A DNA stretch of 63,676 nt, the filler included, from Aduncisulcus paluster (lineage: Eukaryota): the NCBI GenBank assembly GCA_024181965.1. It is 8 parts of 8 records of this genome, joined end to end, with 100 filler letters (N's around TTAATTAATTAA, not from the genome) between each part and the next. Parts side by side here need not be neighbours in the genome. Positions count along the whole stretch, not along the records: positions 12,326 to 33,365 come from BQXS01011319.1; 7 more parts are not named here. One strand, written 5' to 3'. The notes beneath the pieces were generated by a model. That model had not been told where the DNA came from. It did no database searches and saw only the letters and a list, made by a program, of their open reading frames with translations. A program made the translations under genes and the position numbers. Each line of letters starts with the position of its first letter. Position 1 is the stretch's first letter. Of this stretch, positions 12,618 to 25,337 are shown piece by piece.

Positions 12618-13682
12618 CTATCCAAAAAAGCATGTATTCTCAAGTTTTGTCATGATATCATCTTTGGAATGTTCCCATGGCAGAAGGGATAATAGTTCAC
12701 TCACAACTATTTCTTCTGGCATAGTAAATACAAGGGAGTTAATAAAGAAATGTTGACTATTCTTATCATACCATCTTCCTTTCCCTTCAATCTCACACAA
12801 CACAACATTCATCAAATCAATAGGAAGGAACTGCCATTCATATTCATGCTTAGGTTTTGTGAATTCATACTTCTTGAATGTCTTCTTACCATCACAATCG
12901 GTGAAAGTGAAGAGAAGAGAGGGTGAACTGCCATACTCACTCACACAGATATAAGCACTTTTCATTGGACTAGGTGATGGAAAAGGGATGGAAAGATGGG
13001 ATAATTCAACATAATCCTCCCCTTTTAACATTATTTTTGCTTCTGAACTCTTATCATACTCCTTAGATTCCTTACTATACGCATCATCCTTGCACTTAAC
13101 CATTGAGAATGAAGGATCGACAAGCTTTGGATCATCTCGTGGAATGGGAATAGAATCCCTACCATCAGATTCTTCATCTCCTTCCTTAACAAACTCTGCT
13201 TTCACAACAGGAGCTTCAGACCATAGTTTCTCTCTGGCTTCACGAGCTTTGATTTCTTCAGGGGTTTCTTCTCTACTAATGAAAACAAGGGAAGGGATTT
13301 CAAAATACCTTCTCTCTCTTCCTTTACCTGTAATCTCACACAAAACAACATCAGGGAGATCAACAGGAAGGAAATACCAATGTTTTCCATCAAATTCATG
13401 AAATTCGTATTTCCTGGCTGTTTTCTCACCTTTTGAAGATGTGAGAGTGAAGATAAGATATTCTGGTAGATTCCAATAACCATTCAGACAGATATAAGCC
13501 CCTTTCATTGGAGAACATGAGGAGAAAGTAATGGAGATATGGGTAAATGATCTATTATTATTGAACTCTGGGATCTCTGAACTCTTAATATTCGGGGCAT
13601 CTCCAGGAATTGGACAGCAATCAATGTCTCCTTCATGAATAAACTCTGGTTTTACAATTTGTATATCGGTCGAAGAACTCAT
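12618..13682 (-). CDS. Tandem two-domain beta-sandwich (DOC/APC10/galactose-binding-like) family protein, copy A
   Basis: Internal repeat xHxSIxFxSxSPMKxAYIC...FTxT...KYEF...WxFLPxDLxxVVLCEIxGKG...SLVF present twice; paralog at 28006-29064. Fold assignment is by eye. Confidence 0.75.
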   Translation of the reverse strand: MSSSTDIQIVKPEFIHEGDIDCCPIPGDAPNIKSSEIPEFNNNRSFTHISITFSSCSPMKGAYICLNGYWNLPEYLIFTLTSSKGEKTARKYEFHEFDGKHWYFLPVDLPDVVLCEITGKGRERRYFEIPSLVFISREETPEEIKAREAREKLWSEAPVVKAEFVKEGDEESDGRDSIPIPRDDPKLVDPSFSMVKCKDDAYSKESKEYDKSSEAKIMLKGEDYVELSHLSIPFPSPSPMKSAYICVSEYGSSPSLLFTFTDCDGKKTFKKYEFTKPKHEYEWQFLPIDLMNVVLCEIEGKGRWYDKNSQHFFINSLVFTMPEEIVVSELLSLLPWEHSKDDIMTKLENTCFFG

Positions 13683-13705
13683 TGCCTATGGAAAAGAATC
13701 GGGAT

Positions 13706-13811
13706 CTAAGAAAATATAAAAACAAAAATTTAATTACAATACAGTGAATATAATTGCATGACATTGCATAAAATATGTCTTAATGCGCATTTAATGAAAT
13801 ATATGACATAC
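13706..13811 (-). other. Probable 5'-UTR intron of copy A (copy B equivalent: 27878-27982, +)
   Basis: GTATGT donor and TTTTCTTAG acceptor 23 nt before the ATG, conserved in both copies. Confidence 0.55.
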
Positions 13812-14398
13812 AGTAAATCTTGAATTGCTTGCAACGAAGGAAAAGCAGAAGACGAAAACACAAAGTCGCGAATGACAACCTCAGGAAGCAATATCATACA
13901 ATATATAAATAAATTTATGTGATCATTTTTCTTTCTATCATATATTGCATGCCATCCTTGTGAGTCCACTCCTGGCACGAAATCGTTTCATAACTTCGAC
14001 ATTTGTTTACATAGTGGATTATAAGGTGACAAAATATGCTGATAAGTTGCAGTTGAAATCCATGAATATTGTGAATATATCATCGACTTCTTGGCAGAGA
14101 AGCTATTCTTCTGGTTTTCTTTGCTTCTCGAATCGTTCTCACTCTTCTCTGCCCTCTGCTCGATTGATAAAAACTAATTCAGTTTATTATTTGTTTATTA
14201 TTTGTTTATTATTTGTTTTCTTTCGCTTTTAATTCCTTACCAAGATGTCTTCGAAAGGAATTAACAACACAACTTCTTGTTCGAATCATTGGTGATCTAT
14301 GACCCACCCCCCATCCAAAGTGATCGTTAACTCGTTCAGCCCAATGCGTGTTGGATCTCTGCTGCTAAGTTCTAGTTGTAGTCAATGAATATTAGTCG

Positions 14399-15039
14399 CA
14401 GGCCTTGATCTAGAGAATGGAAATTCTATTTCATTCTTTTTTTTGGAAAATTTTCTATTTCCATTCTCTCAGATTAAAAAATAAAGCTATTTCGATAGAT
14501 TATTTCCCGATAATTTTGCTATGAAATTTTCCATTGTTGTCGTTTTCTCCTCAATAGCGTGGGTTATTTTCTGCCTTAATTGAACTTTTACTATATATAT
14601 AACCTATTTATTTTAGTCTCTCTCCTCCTTTACTGGTTATTTTTGAACCAACTTATATCTACCACAATAGAAGATTATCATTTGCAATGCGCCCTAAAAA
14701 AATGTTTAAAATGCAATAAGAATTATATTTATGTGAAAATTCTAACGTCAAGTAGCATGATGATGTTCGCAAAAGGCCTTTTCCGCCGGGTGGGTTGCCT
14801 GTCATCGGGAATGATCTTATTTCGAAGAAAAGTTTTGCAAATATGACCTCAATGGTTAAATTATTGATAATTAATCCAGGAAAATGTTGCTACAATAGCT
14901 CAAAAGGCTCATGTAAGCGAATACAAAGATTTTCCTATTTCCATTCTTTTATTTTGGGAATTTTCTATTTCCATTCTCTCAAATTTTCTATTTCCATTCT
15001 TTTTGGAAATTCTATTTCCATTCTCTAGATCAAGGCCTG
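14399..15039. mobile_element. 641-bp hAT-superfamily MITE (non-autonomous DNA transposon)
   Basis: Perfect 26-bp TIR CAGGCCTTGATCTAGAGAATGGAAAT; 8-bp TSD ATTAGTCG at 14391-14398 and 15040-15047; subterminal TTCTATTTCCATTCT-type repeats; empty site at 26776-26783. Confidence 0.93.
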
Positions 15040-15535
15040 ATTAGTCGGTTGGTTTTCTTGTGTTGTTTTGGTTGTTTATGCTCAGCATAACAGACTGTTG
15101 TTCGATGTTCGATCCTTGACCTGTTGTTTGACCATTTGTTATATTCGTAACCTCCTCTAAGCTCGATGTTCACTGAACTTGGCAACATCGAAGATCTAAG
15201 ATCGATCTTCAAAGATCTTTGAATTGAGAGTCAATTACCGAATATGACAGTGTTTCAAATAATATTTGTATTGAATTCTTTATTGGTATTGTTTCCAACA
15301 ATTTCACCTTTTTATTTAATTCATTCATGTCTTTAGATCCTTTTTGTCACTCAAAGCCTAGTTCAAGAGTCTATCATAGACTAGTCTATGTGTTTAAACA
15401 ATTTTCTGGAGGATTTCCTCCAAATTGGTATTCAATTTTTAGAGATTCCAAATTCGTGCAAGAAAAAAAAAAAAAAAAAAATTTATATAGATATATTAAT
15501 AATATCAAGAAATCGGTCTATCATTTACAAATAAA

Positions 15536-18500
15536 TTAAGAAGGAGAATCGATATCCATTTCATTCAGTAAAAGTACAAAAAGGGTATGGATAGATGGAT
15601 ATTGGACAGTGATATTTTTAGATACCTTATTCAAGACTTTCTCAAACCGACTTTGTTTTGATTCAGCACAGAAACAGTACAGTCTTTTTGGATTTGTTTT
15701 GCTAACTTGAACCCTTACTTTGAGCTTTTTCAAGAGAGCAATAGCTTGCCCAAGTGTTGAGGTGGTCGTAAATGAAAGAATAAATGGAGCTTGTTGCTGT
15801 GCTTGCTTGAGCGAACAATAAAGGACAAGATGGCCATGAAAGACAAAGGCCAAATGGGAAGCAACTGTAGAAACGATATCAGTGTCGTGTGTTGTGAAGA
15901 CAAGAAGACGTGATGGATCAATACAAGTTAATAGATGGGCCAAACGCTTCTTTGTTTTCGGATCTTGCCCTGTCAATGGCTCATCTGCAGTCAATATCAA
16001 GTGAGTGCCAGTTTGAGCTATGCCAAAGCATGTCCTCCTCTTCATCCCACCACTTATATTCTTCACTCTTTTCTTCATATCAGCCCTTGAAAACTGCAAC
16101 GATTTACCCAATATGTCGCATTTCTTTGAGGCATCTCCCTTTGTAATTCCTTGAAACTCTTGATAAAGCATAAAATGTTCCTTGATGGAGAGATCGTCTA
16201 GAAGAACTGAGTTGTCTTGTGCAATGCTCATCACATGATCCTTGGTCTCATGCGTAGATAATAGCACCCCTTCAGTGTAAATACATCCACTCGAAAGGGA
16301 ATCTTCACCATTCAGCATATTCATGAGGGTCGTTTTACCAGATCCAGTTGACCCCAACACAGCAACACGATGTCCGACCATCATTGACATGTTAATATCA
16401 ACCAAAGCATGGACAGAACCGTAGAATTTGTTCACATTGACGAGTGACAGTGTGGAGTTTGGTGAATGACATGTCAACGTATCATCAGGAGTAGAAGAGG
16501 AAGGAATTCCAGTCATACCAGCAAAGGTCAATGATCCCAAATCTTTCTTCTTTCCCAGCGTACCACTTGATATTGATAAAACACTCTTAATAGAGCTCGG
16601 GATGGCATCATCCTCATTCACACCATCACCTTTGAGAACACTCCCCTTCACAGATCGTTTCATCACTGATACTTGAGTAGACAAGGGCGAGGAAGAGGAG
16701 GAAGAAGACATGGACATGGGTGAATCTGCGGCAAACCGTTGTTTAAGCTTGGGAGACTGTAATTCTGACTCAGAAATACCCAAAGGATTGTCACCGGCAA
16801 GGCTATCTGTTATTTCAGTGCCTTGTCCAGCAACATCAATATCAGTTGGAGCATTCTTGGGTTTTTTCGTGGAAGAGGAGATATTATCACCCTCAATCAT
16901 TACTTCTGTTTCAACGCTTTGAAGAGACTTAAGTTTCATTTCTAATTTTTGTTTATCCTTGGCTTGTATCTTTTGCTCCTTTTTAAGTTCATTTTTAGCC
17001 TTATATCTAAGTCGTATTTTGTTCACGAATTTCACTGGAACCTCTCTAAAAGTAATAATGAAGACAAATAAGCAGAAATGAGCAACACAAATGAACATTA
17101 AATTCAGAAAAGCTCTTGCATTGGGTGTCGATTGAGAGAAAAACTCTTCATCTGTCACTTGAGATCTTGCACCAAGCTGAGCACTCGGTGGACCTCCACG
17201 AATTATTCTCATCAGAAGACCGCAGAAAGCAAAGAAAGGGTAAGCAAAGGCACCAGGATAGTCCGTGTACAGAGAGCCATCTGAAGGTAATAACACAGCA
17301 ACCGTGTTCTGAAGGACACATATTGACATCACAACAATGATGGCCTGCGTCACAGTTGTGCAGAACAAACCTACAAGCACACCCATCGCAGAGAACAACA
17401 GGGCAGCGCACACACTGACCACCATCATAACAAACACTCCATTTCGATACACAATGTCAATCCCGATTAAGTATGAAGCCAAGATAATGAGTTCATTGGA
17501 GATAATTCCAACGGTTATGAACAAAGCGATGATGACAATTGGATATGTTGTCTTGCTCAGACCAACGCGGGACATGTGTTCCAATGGTTTGTTAACTTTC
17601 ACTGTAAACATTGCCGTCATTACAGATATTAATGAGAAATACATGGCCCACATTGTAATATTCTCGAAGGGTGGATACCGTTTCCCAACATATGTAGTGG
17701 CAGATAAGCCATATAATAAGGAAGGATCGGGATCGACAATAGGTGTGACGATATCATCTGTGGAATCAGTACTAGGAACAATCGGAATAAGTGATCCAAT
17801 AGTGTTAAGATATGCCATCGTAGCAACAGATTGCATACGNNNNNNNNNNNNNNNNNNNNTGTTAACTTTCACTGTAAACATTGCCGTCATTACAGATATT
17901 AATGAGAAATACATGGCCCACATTGTAATATTCTCGAAGGGTGGATACCGTTTCCCAACATATGTAGTGGCAGATAAGCCATATAATAAGGAAGGATCGG
18001 GATCGACAATCGGTGTGACGATATCATCTGTGGAATCAGTACTAGGAACAATCGGAATAAGTGATCCAATAGTGTTAAGATATGCCATCGTAGCAACAGA
18101 TTGCATACGAATTGTTCTTCTTCCCAAATCTATATCCTTTGTGCGGCCATATGGATAGTTTTGGGAGTAGATATTCAAAGCAACGGAACCATCCAAGGAA
18201 TAATCAACACCAATCACACCGAATGGGATATCATCGAATAAGGTAGACGTGTCTCTGCCGTCAACATGATACTGATTTACAGTACTATAAATAGAATCCC
18301 AATACTCGTTGAGGTTGACATCTTTGAGCACCACTGCGTTGATATCTATTCCTAGCAACATAGCAGCCATTGCCTCAGATAGAGCGTCACTCGTGGAGCT
18401 CTCTGAGATTATGTGAATATAGTTAGTCTCTGCGCCAACGAATGAATCCACACTTTCGAAGGGTGCGGCAGCTGCATCTTGGTCCAACAAAATTTCAAAA

Positions 18501-21500
18501 ATGAAGATAATGATTATACTGAATGCAAAGAAGGCTAACGTACCAAATATGGATAAGAATAACGTCCATTTATCACGGATAAATACTTTCAACAATAAAG
18601 AGAACTCTAACATCATTTTCTTCATAAATCCAGGCTCCTTCTTGGCATTATTATTATCATCATCGCCATTTTGGTTATTACTGTCTTTTGTAGAAGAATC
18701 GTTTTTGGATGATCTATTTTTAGATGATTTTTGAGAAAATATTTGGTCAACATTTTTCTTTTTCTTCCCAACAATTGTACCAGTGCCATTTGAATGCTTA
18801 ATGATTACATCAGACTCAATGGGAGAGATTATTGAAGAAGAATGAGAAGAAACTGAAATCTTTCCTTTCTTCTTCTTCTCTTCCTTCTCTTCCTTCTCTT
18901 TCTTCTTTTTCTTCTCTTTCTTTTTGTCGCGTATTTTCTTTTGTTTTGAAAGGACTTCTATCTCCACAGAAGGAGAGGATATTGAATCTCTTGAAGCAGT
19001 GCTGGTAGCGTGAAGTATCAGAGAAGGATTTATATAACTTTCAGTCATCATTCGCTCTGCTTGCATTCCCTCACTATCTTCTTCCCACGAGAACTCCTCC
19101 TCTTCACTATCGTTAAACTCTAACCTCTGTTTCACACAGAAGTCCTCTTCATCTTCAACTTCTTCCTCCCCTTCCTCTCTCGAGGCCCTTGATAGACGTC
19201 GAGAAGCAGAAGAACTGACCCCTCCTCTTCCTCCTCTTCCTCCTCCTCTCCAGAGGATATTGAATCTCTTGAAGCAGTGCTGGTAGCGTGAAGTATCAGA
19301 GAAGGATTTATATAACTTTCAGTCATCATTCGCTCTGCTTGCATTCCCTCACTATCTTCTTCCCACGAGAACTCCTCCTCTTCACTATCGTTAAACTCTA
19401 ACCTCTGTTTCACACAGAAGTCCTCTTCATCTTCAACTTCTTCCTCCCCTTCCTCTCTCGAGGCCCCTTCTATCTCCACAGAAGGAGAGGATATTGAATC
19501 TCTTGAAGCAGTGCTGGTAGCGTGAAGTATCAGAGAAGGATTTATATAACTTTCAGTCATCATTCGCTCTGCTTGCATTCCCTCACTATCTTCTTCCCAC
19601 GAGAACTCCTCCTCTTCACTATCGTTAAACTCTAACCTCTGTTTCACACAGAAGTCCTCTTCATCTTCAACTTCTTCCTCCCCTTCCTCTCTCGAACTGA
19701 TCTTCTTCTTCTCTTCCTTCTCTTCCTTCTCTTTCTTCTTTTTCTTCTCTTTCTTTTTGTCGCGTATTTTCTTTTGTTTTGAAAGGACTTCTATCTCCAC
19801 AGAAGGAGAGGATATTGAATCTCTTGAAGCAGTGCTGGTAGCGTGAAGTATCAGAGAAGGATTTATATTCGTTAAACTCTAACCTCTGTTTCACACAGAA
19901 GTCCTCTTCATCTTCAACTTCTTCCTCCCCTTCCTCTCTCGAGGCCCTTGATAGACGTCGAGAAGCAGAAGAACTGACCCCTCCTCTTCCTCCTCTTCCT
20001 CCTCCTCTCCAAGTTCTCTGCAGAATTGAGGGTTCTCTAACCAGAGGACTACTTCGGAGTGCGACAGGTGGTACTCCAGAGGTCTGGGGTTGTTCTTGGT
20101 CTTCAGCAAACGGCCCTCCTTTCTTCACATCACGAGGAGCAACACTCGAGTATCCTACAATGGGACGGCCTCTTCTTCTTGAAGCACTACTTGTAGACAC
20201 TCCAGGCATTGTAGTTGAAGGAATAACACTGGTTTGTGCTGGACTGGTGCGTGTATCGAACACGAGAGCACTCTGTGGTGCAGGATATCGAGTACGAGTA
20301 TGCCAGGGAAGACCACAATGAGAGTCACATACATAAGCACTGCGAACAGTAGCTACACGGCGATGCAATCTCTCACGTGAACGGCGTTGAAGATGCTCTA
20401 TACTTTGAATGGGTAACCATCCACTCACTTCGACAGAGTCTAGAAGTCCCCACTCGTCTAATATTGCACGGACAGTATCAGCGAGGTCAAGAGATCCTTC
20501 CTCATCGCCTCCAATGGGACCAAAGCGACTTGTAGTGTGGCTCAATGCACCAGAGGAAGAGGAAGAGGAAGAGGAAGAGGAAGATGAAGGAAGGAAAACA
20601 TCCACACCTCCCTCACAGGGTTGTACAATGAAACCCAACAGAAGGAGCTTGGTGTATGCACGGTGAGGAATAATAACGAGACCGTCTTTCTTCTTACTCG
20701 ACAATCTCACACCGATTCCGTCAAGATTATTCAACGGACCGCTGTATTTCATCTCTCCATCGTTGAGCATAATGACATCAGATGCCAAAATGGATATCTC
20801 AGATATCATATGAGAAGCGAAAAGAACAGGAATGGAGAGGGACACTTGTCGAATTGTCTCCCAAATGGCTGATCTGGTAATCGGATCAAGGCCAGTCGAA
20901 GGTTCGTCAAGAATAAGCATCGAAGGATCACCGCACAGGGCAATTGCAAGACACAGACGCCGTTTCATCCCTCCAGACATCTGCCCAGGGAGGAAATCAT
21001 AGTATTTTTCCTCCAGTTGAGCTCTCTTCAACACAGCATAACACTCTTTCTTCGATATATTGCCACATCTGTAGCATCCGAACAGCCACACGTGTTGTGT
21101 AGCTGTTAATTCTGGGAACAGAGTGCTAGATTGAAGCATGTGACCCACTTTATGTCTAGACAAGAGCGGATCACAGCCAAGCAAAGACACAACGCCTTTA
21201 CAGGGCTTAAGAACACCGACAAGAGTGTTTATAAGAGTTGTTTTGCCACATCCACTTCTCCCGACTAGAGCATATGCACCTTTGTCAAGAGAAAACGATA
21301 TATTCCGAATGGTGGCATTATCTGGATCATCATTTGAAGAAGAAGAAGATGTATGTTGATGGTGTTGATCTATTCTATTTATAGATCCATGTTGTTGTTC
21401 AGACTGAGAAACTTCGCCAGGAGAATCGGAAGGGATTGAGGAAGATGCTGATGATGAACATGACTGTGGGGATGAAAAGAGAGAAGGAGACTGGACAGGA

Positions 21501-23221
21501 TTTTGCATGGGGGATTTCGATGAGGATAGTGCTTTCTTCTGCTTCTTCTTCTTCTTCTCTGTTCCACTGCAACCCAAAGAAGAAAGATCCTTAGTTGTGT
21601 CCTTATCCTTTCCTTTATCTGGAGACATTGTCTTATATTTTCCTTTCAATTTGCTGGTTATTAATTTATCTTCTTCTTTTTTTGCATCAATTTCTCCTAT
21701 CTTCTTGTTTTGTTTTACAACAGGTAAGTTCGAAGAAGTTTGTCTATTCTTCTTCTTCATGAAATCAAAGCAACCGACATCATATGAAACACTGATATCG
21801 TCAACAACTAGCGGTTTGTTTCGCATGTCAGCTTGTATCGTTCGCATTTGGTGTTTCTTTTTCACTATGACCCTTCGAATATGGGGAGGAAGATATACAA
21901 CGAGTAATACGAAACCGAAGAATAGCACAGTGAACAAAACGCACCATACTGAATGACGTAGATACTGAATACTGCCCACCTCAGTACCGTTCTCCCAGAT
22001 ATCAGCAAAGTCAAGATCAGATGCGTTTCGAACGTGTTTGTTTAGGATACCCAAGATACTTGAGACCGGATATAAAGGAACTAGAATATTCAGGAGAATG
22101 TCACCAACATCAAACCACTCTGTCTTGATATCGAAGGTGTCTATGCTCCAGAAAGATAAAGATAACAACACAACGGGAGTCACAGTCAGGGCAATCGCTG
22201 TGATGCTTGCTGATTGCTGGGAGGGTAGGATAAAGTTCAAAAGACCACACAAAGTACCAAAATAAATGGAAGACATGGCAATGCAGAAAATTGTGATGGA
22301 GAAATATTCCGAAAACATTTCCACCCCAAAGCCAGCACATACAAACATGAAAACGAAAGCGCTTGAAAAACACAAGAGACCCTGCACAATGACAATTCCG
22401 ATGAACTGAGGAACTACAGGTGGATCCAGAAGAGATATTAGATGCTTGAGGTTACCATCAACATCTCTGCCAGATCGTGTGACGAAAAGACCGACCACAA
22501 CGGTCTGAGAGGTGAATAATAGAACAGTCGTGAAATATCGACCAAAATCAGTGGTATGAGGGGGATAAAACGAGGAATCGGAAGGAAAGATCCCAACATT
22601 CATTGTAGTTGGAACAGTTGTCACAAAAGAGTTCAAAATGGCTGGGAAATGCGAGATAGGAACATCTGTAAATGGACAAATCTCTGGAATTCCATCGCAC
22701 TGAATATTTGTAATCTCAGTGGCTTGTCGCCAAAAATATCGATCAGAGTTTTCAAATAAGGTAATTGTGACCGTTCCTTCTTCGTTATCCAATGAATTAA
22801 TTCCAATGATATTTCGAATGTCAAGTTCTTCGTCAACAATTGCAGAAAACATCTCCTCAGCTGAATTAAATATAATATATGTCCCATTCTCGCCAGCTAT
22901 TTCTAGCGCTATCTCTTCGGCAATAGTGGGAACATTTGAAAACACAGCAACGTTGGTACAATCGGTGGAACCAGAACAGTCAAGGGCGGCAGGAATGGGA
23001 TATGTGTCGGTATGCGGAGTAATACTGCCAGAATTTAATACAAGAAATATATTGACAAGAATTGCAGCGATTATGGGGAAAACCCACATTTTAAACATAA
23101 TTTGGCCACAGTGCTGAGATTCACGAAGGAGTTCAACCTTCAAAGGTAAAATGAATGGAACATGTCTTTTTTTTGGAAGATATGATTCGTTCTCTTCAAT
23201 ATTGTTGTTGTCGTCAGGCAT
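15536..23221 (-). CDS. ABCA: Full-size ABCA-subfamily transporter (TMD-NBD-TMD-NBD, ~2200 aa after collapsing duplications); split in the assembly into ORFs 19667..23278 and 15536..19135
   Basis: NBD1 GRSGCGKTT/MSGGMKRRL/LILDEPSTGLDP; NBD2 GSTGSGKTT/ISGGMKRRT/DEPLTGQDP; each half has one TM, a large loop, then a TM cluster; both ORFs are in the same frame and the linker recurs at a 759-nt (3n) offset. Confidence 0.85.
17590..18109. repeat. 250-bp duplication flanking a 20-N gap (assembly artefact)
   Basis: 17590-17839 matches 17860-18109, with one visible SNP (17741 vs 18011). Confidence 0.9.
18860..20010. repeat. Scrambled mosaic of repeated blocks of the ABCA acidic linker (probable gap-filling artefact)
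   Basis: Identical blocks (SREEGEEEVEDEEDFCVKQRLEFN; ...SISSPSVEIE) recur 3-4 times in shuffled order. Confidence 0.85.
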
Positions 23222-23798
23222 TGGATCACGGAAAAAAACTAGAAAAGCACCAAATACAATGACAGAAACAAGAAACAAAACAGGGAAAATGAAACCTCAA
23301 TCGAAAAAAAATGAAAGAGTTTCGAAAATATGGGAATCGGAAAAAAAATAAAAATACAGCCAAATGACAAAGATTCGTCATATTGGGAAAAAATGATCAA
23401 GATAGGGGTCAATTCTAACAAATAATCAGATTAAATTGAATACAATGTTGAAAATATTTATCTAAATCATCAATTGATTTGTATATAATGACGGAAACAT
23501 ATCAATATCATTCCAGCATTCATCAATTGGAAAATTCCTATCTTGTATAGAAAACGGGATATTCAATTAATTCATTTCAGAAAAAAGTTAATTTTAAGAA
23601 ATAGATTGCTTCGAATTCAAAGAAAATGAACAAAGGGTTTGTCGTCTTGGAAATGTTTGATAATATGTATTGAATGCTTCGAATATCTAATAATCGTTAC
23701 ATTTTATTGCATAATTGCGCAATAGTTTATGAATTTATTGATCAAACTATCCCGGAATCTGTCCTCGAAAATATGGCTCATTTATTTATCAAATGGAA

Positions 23799-24968
23799 TT
23801 AAGCAATGGTACCATTCAATACTGGCTCAGTCTTAACACATTTTCCATCAACCATGAACTTGTGTGTCTTCCATGCAGCACAACCCTCAGCCACACATAA
23901 ATGGCAGATAACAGTGTCATACTTAGGTCTTCCGGGCTTTAATGTGGGCATATCTTTAAGTTCTTTTTGTTCAATTCCTTCGAATGTGACCCTAGTGCCG
24001 ATTTTAACATCGCCCTGAGGTCTCAAGAGAGCCTTCTGTCCCTTGCCATCATCAGCAACCAGTAGCATTCCACAAGACAATATTTTTCTCTGGTTCACTG
24101 GTTTCAAGTTAACAACAACGCACACAAGACCGGATAACTGCTCAACGGTGAAGACATCACGAACTCCACTACAAACGGTTCTTGGTCCTGATTCTTCTCC
24201 GAAATCAATGGTTTCTACCATCAATTTATCGGCATGTGGGTGTGGTTTAGCTTCAAGAATCTTTCCAATACGGATATCAAGTTCAGAAGCATCATATGCA
24301 ACGGAGCTTGGTTTCTTTTCCTTCTTCTCCTTTTTCTTCTCCTTTTTATCCTTCTTGTCCTTTTTGTCGTCCTTTTTCTTGTTAGAAGAATCGGAAGCAG
24401 CAACAACCTTCTTCTTTTTGGGCAGTTTAACCATCTTAGACTTCTCCCCATCCAAACAGAGTGGATCGAGAACTGGAGCCGGAATCGCAGTAAAAGGAAG
24501 ACCAAGGGAAGCACAAGTAAAGGTTAAATAACGAGAAAGGGCAGGAACAGAGGCAGGAAGAAGAACAGAAGAGAAGGAATATGCCATAATATAATCACTC
24601 ACCGAAAGGGCAGATTGAGGGGCAATGAAATAGGAAAAGGAAACAATCTCATCTAATTTTGGGAGGAGAGTTGATATATCGGAGTCAAAGAGAACAGGTT
24701 CGATCAAACCCAAGAAAGTATACATCTCTTCCAATTCTTCAGGCTTCTTGGGGATAAGAAGAGGTTTTTTAGATAAACTCATCATGCATTGAACTAATCC
24801 CAAAAGTCCAGAGTACTTCTTTCCTTTGGCAATGACTACAATTGAAGATGATTCCCCAGAAGATGTGATTGAGAATTTTCCCTTGCATTTAATTCCTTTA
24901 AATAGGGCGGATACAATATTAGAGAATACTTCAGGAGATTTTATGCCTTTGGGTGTCTGTACTTCCAT
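23799..24968 (-). CDS. ARC1: Arc1p/AIMP1-like aminoacyl-tRNA synthetase cofactor (GST-like N-domain, Lys-rich linker, EMAP II/Trbp111 OB-fold)
   Basis: LDIRIGKILEAKPHPHADKLMVETIDFGEESGPRTVCSG...NLKPVNQRKILSCGMLL; first ATG at 24968. Confidence 0.85.
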   Translation of the reverse strand: MEVQTPKGIKSPEVFSNIVSALFKGIKCKGKFSITSSGESSSIVVIAKGKKYSGLLGLVQCMMSLSKKPLLIPKKPEELEEMYTFLGLIEPVLFDSDISTLLPKLDEIVSFSYFIAPQSALSVSDYIMAYSFSSVLLPASVPALSRYLTFTCASLGLPFTAIPAPVLDPLCLDGEKSKMVKLPKKKKVVAASDSSNKKKDDKKDKKDKKEKKKEKKEKKPSSVAYDASELDIRIGKILEAKPHPHADKLMVETIDFGEESGPRTVCSGVRDVFTVEQLSGLVCVVVNLKPVNQRKILSCGMLLVADDGKGQKALLRPQGDVKIGTRVTFEGIEQKELKDMPTLKPGRPKYDTVICHLCVAEGCAAWKTHKFMVDGKCVKTEPVLNGTIA

Positions 24969-25337
24969 TTGATTAGACAAAAAACCCTATTCAAAATTGA
25001 TTGAGCGAGGCTCACCACATGACTTCAGAAAAAACAAATTTACGGTTCAAAAATATCCAAATTGGCCGGAATTTATATTCCATATCTTTATTTCATGAAA
25101 TATGGATATATTGGAGAGTTTGTATACATCGAATTTTTTTAGGATTTGTTTACCAGATAGAATATTTCTGCTTTTTCCAATGGGTTGTTATATAGAAGGA
25201 CATTGTATTTCTTCAATATTTTTTTATGAATTATCGTGAATTTTGTTCCTCAGGGAGTGTTTGTTGTTTGTCACATATAAAGGCAAATTTCTTCGCAGAC
25301 TTTTCAAGTTCTTTTCAGGTTTTGATTGCCAATCACA

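Larger units (their letters stand above)
13683..15160 (-). repeat. Upstream non-coding part of the duplicated cassette (inverted homolog of ~26615-28005), interrupted by the MITE
   Basis: Near-identical reverse-complement sequence; the shadow ORFs 13730..13978 and 27711..27959 differ at only 3 of 82 residues. Confidence 0.9.

Noticed and set aside
12618-13682. Diversity-generating retroelement as the source of the loop variation
   Set aside because: Variable codons do not follow the NNY pattern expected from adenine-specific mutagenesis (e.g. AAA/TGG, GAA/TGT, AAT/GAG), and no reverse transcriptase or template repeat is in the window.
13730-14232. Small conserved ORFs in the cassette upstream region (also 26949-27959)
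   Set aside because: Non-ATG starts, overlap on both strands and crossing of a probable intron; conservation reflects recent DNA duplication.
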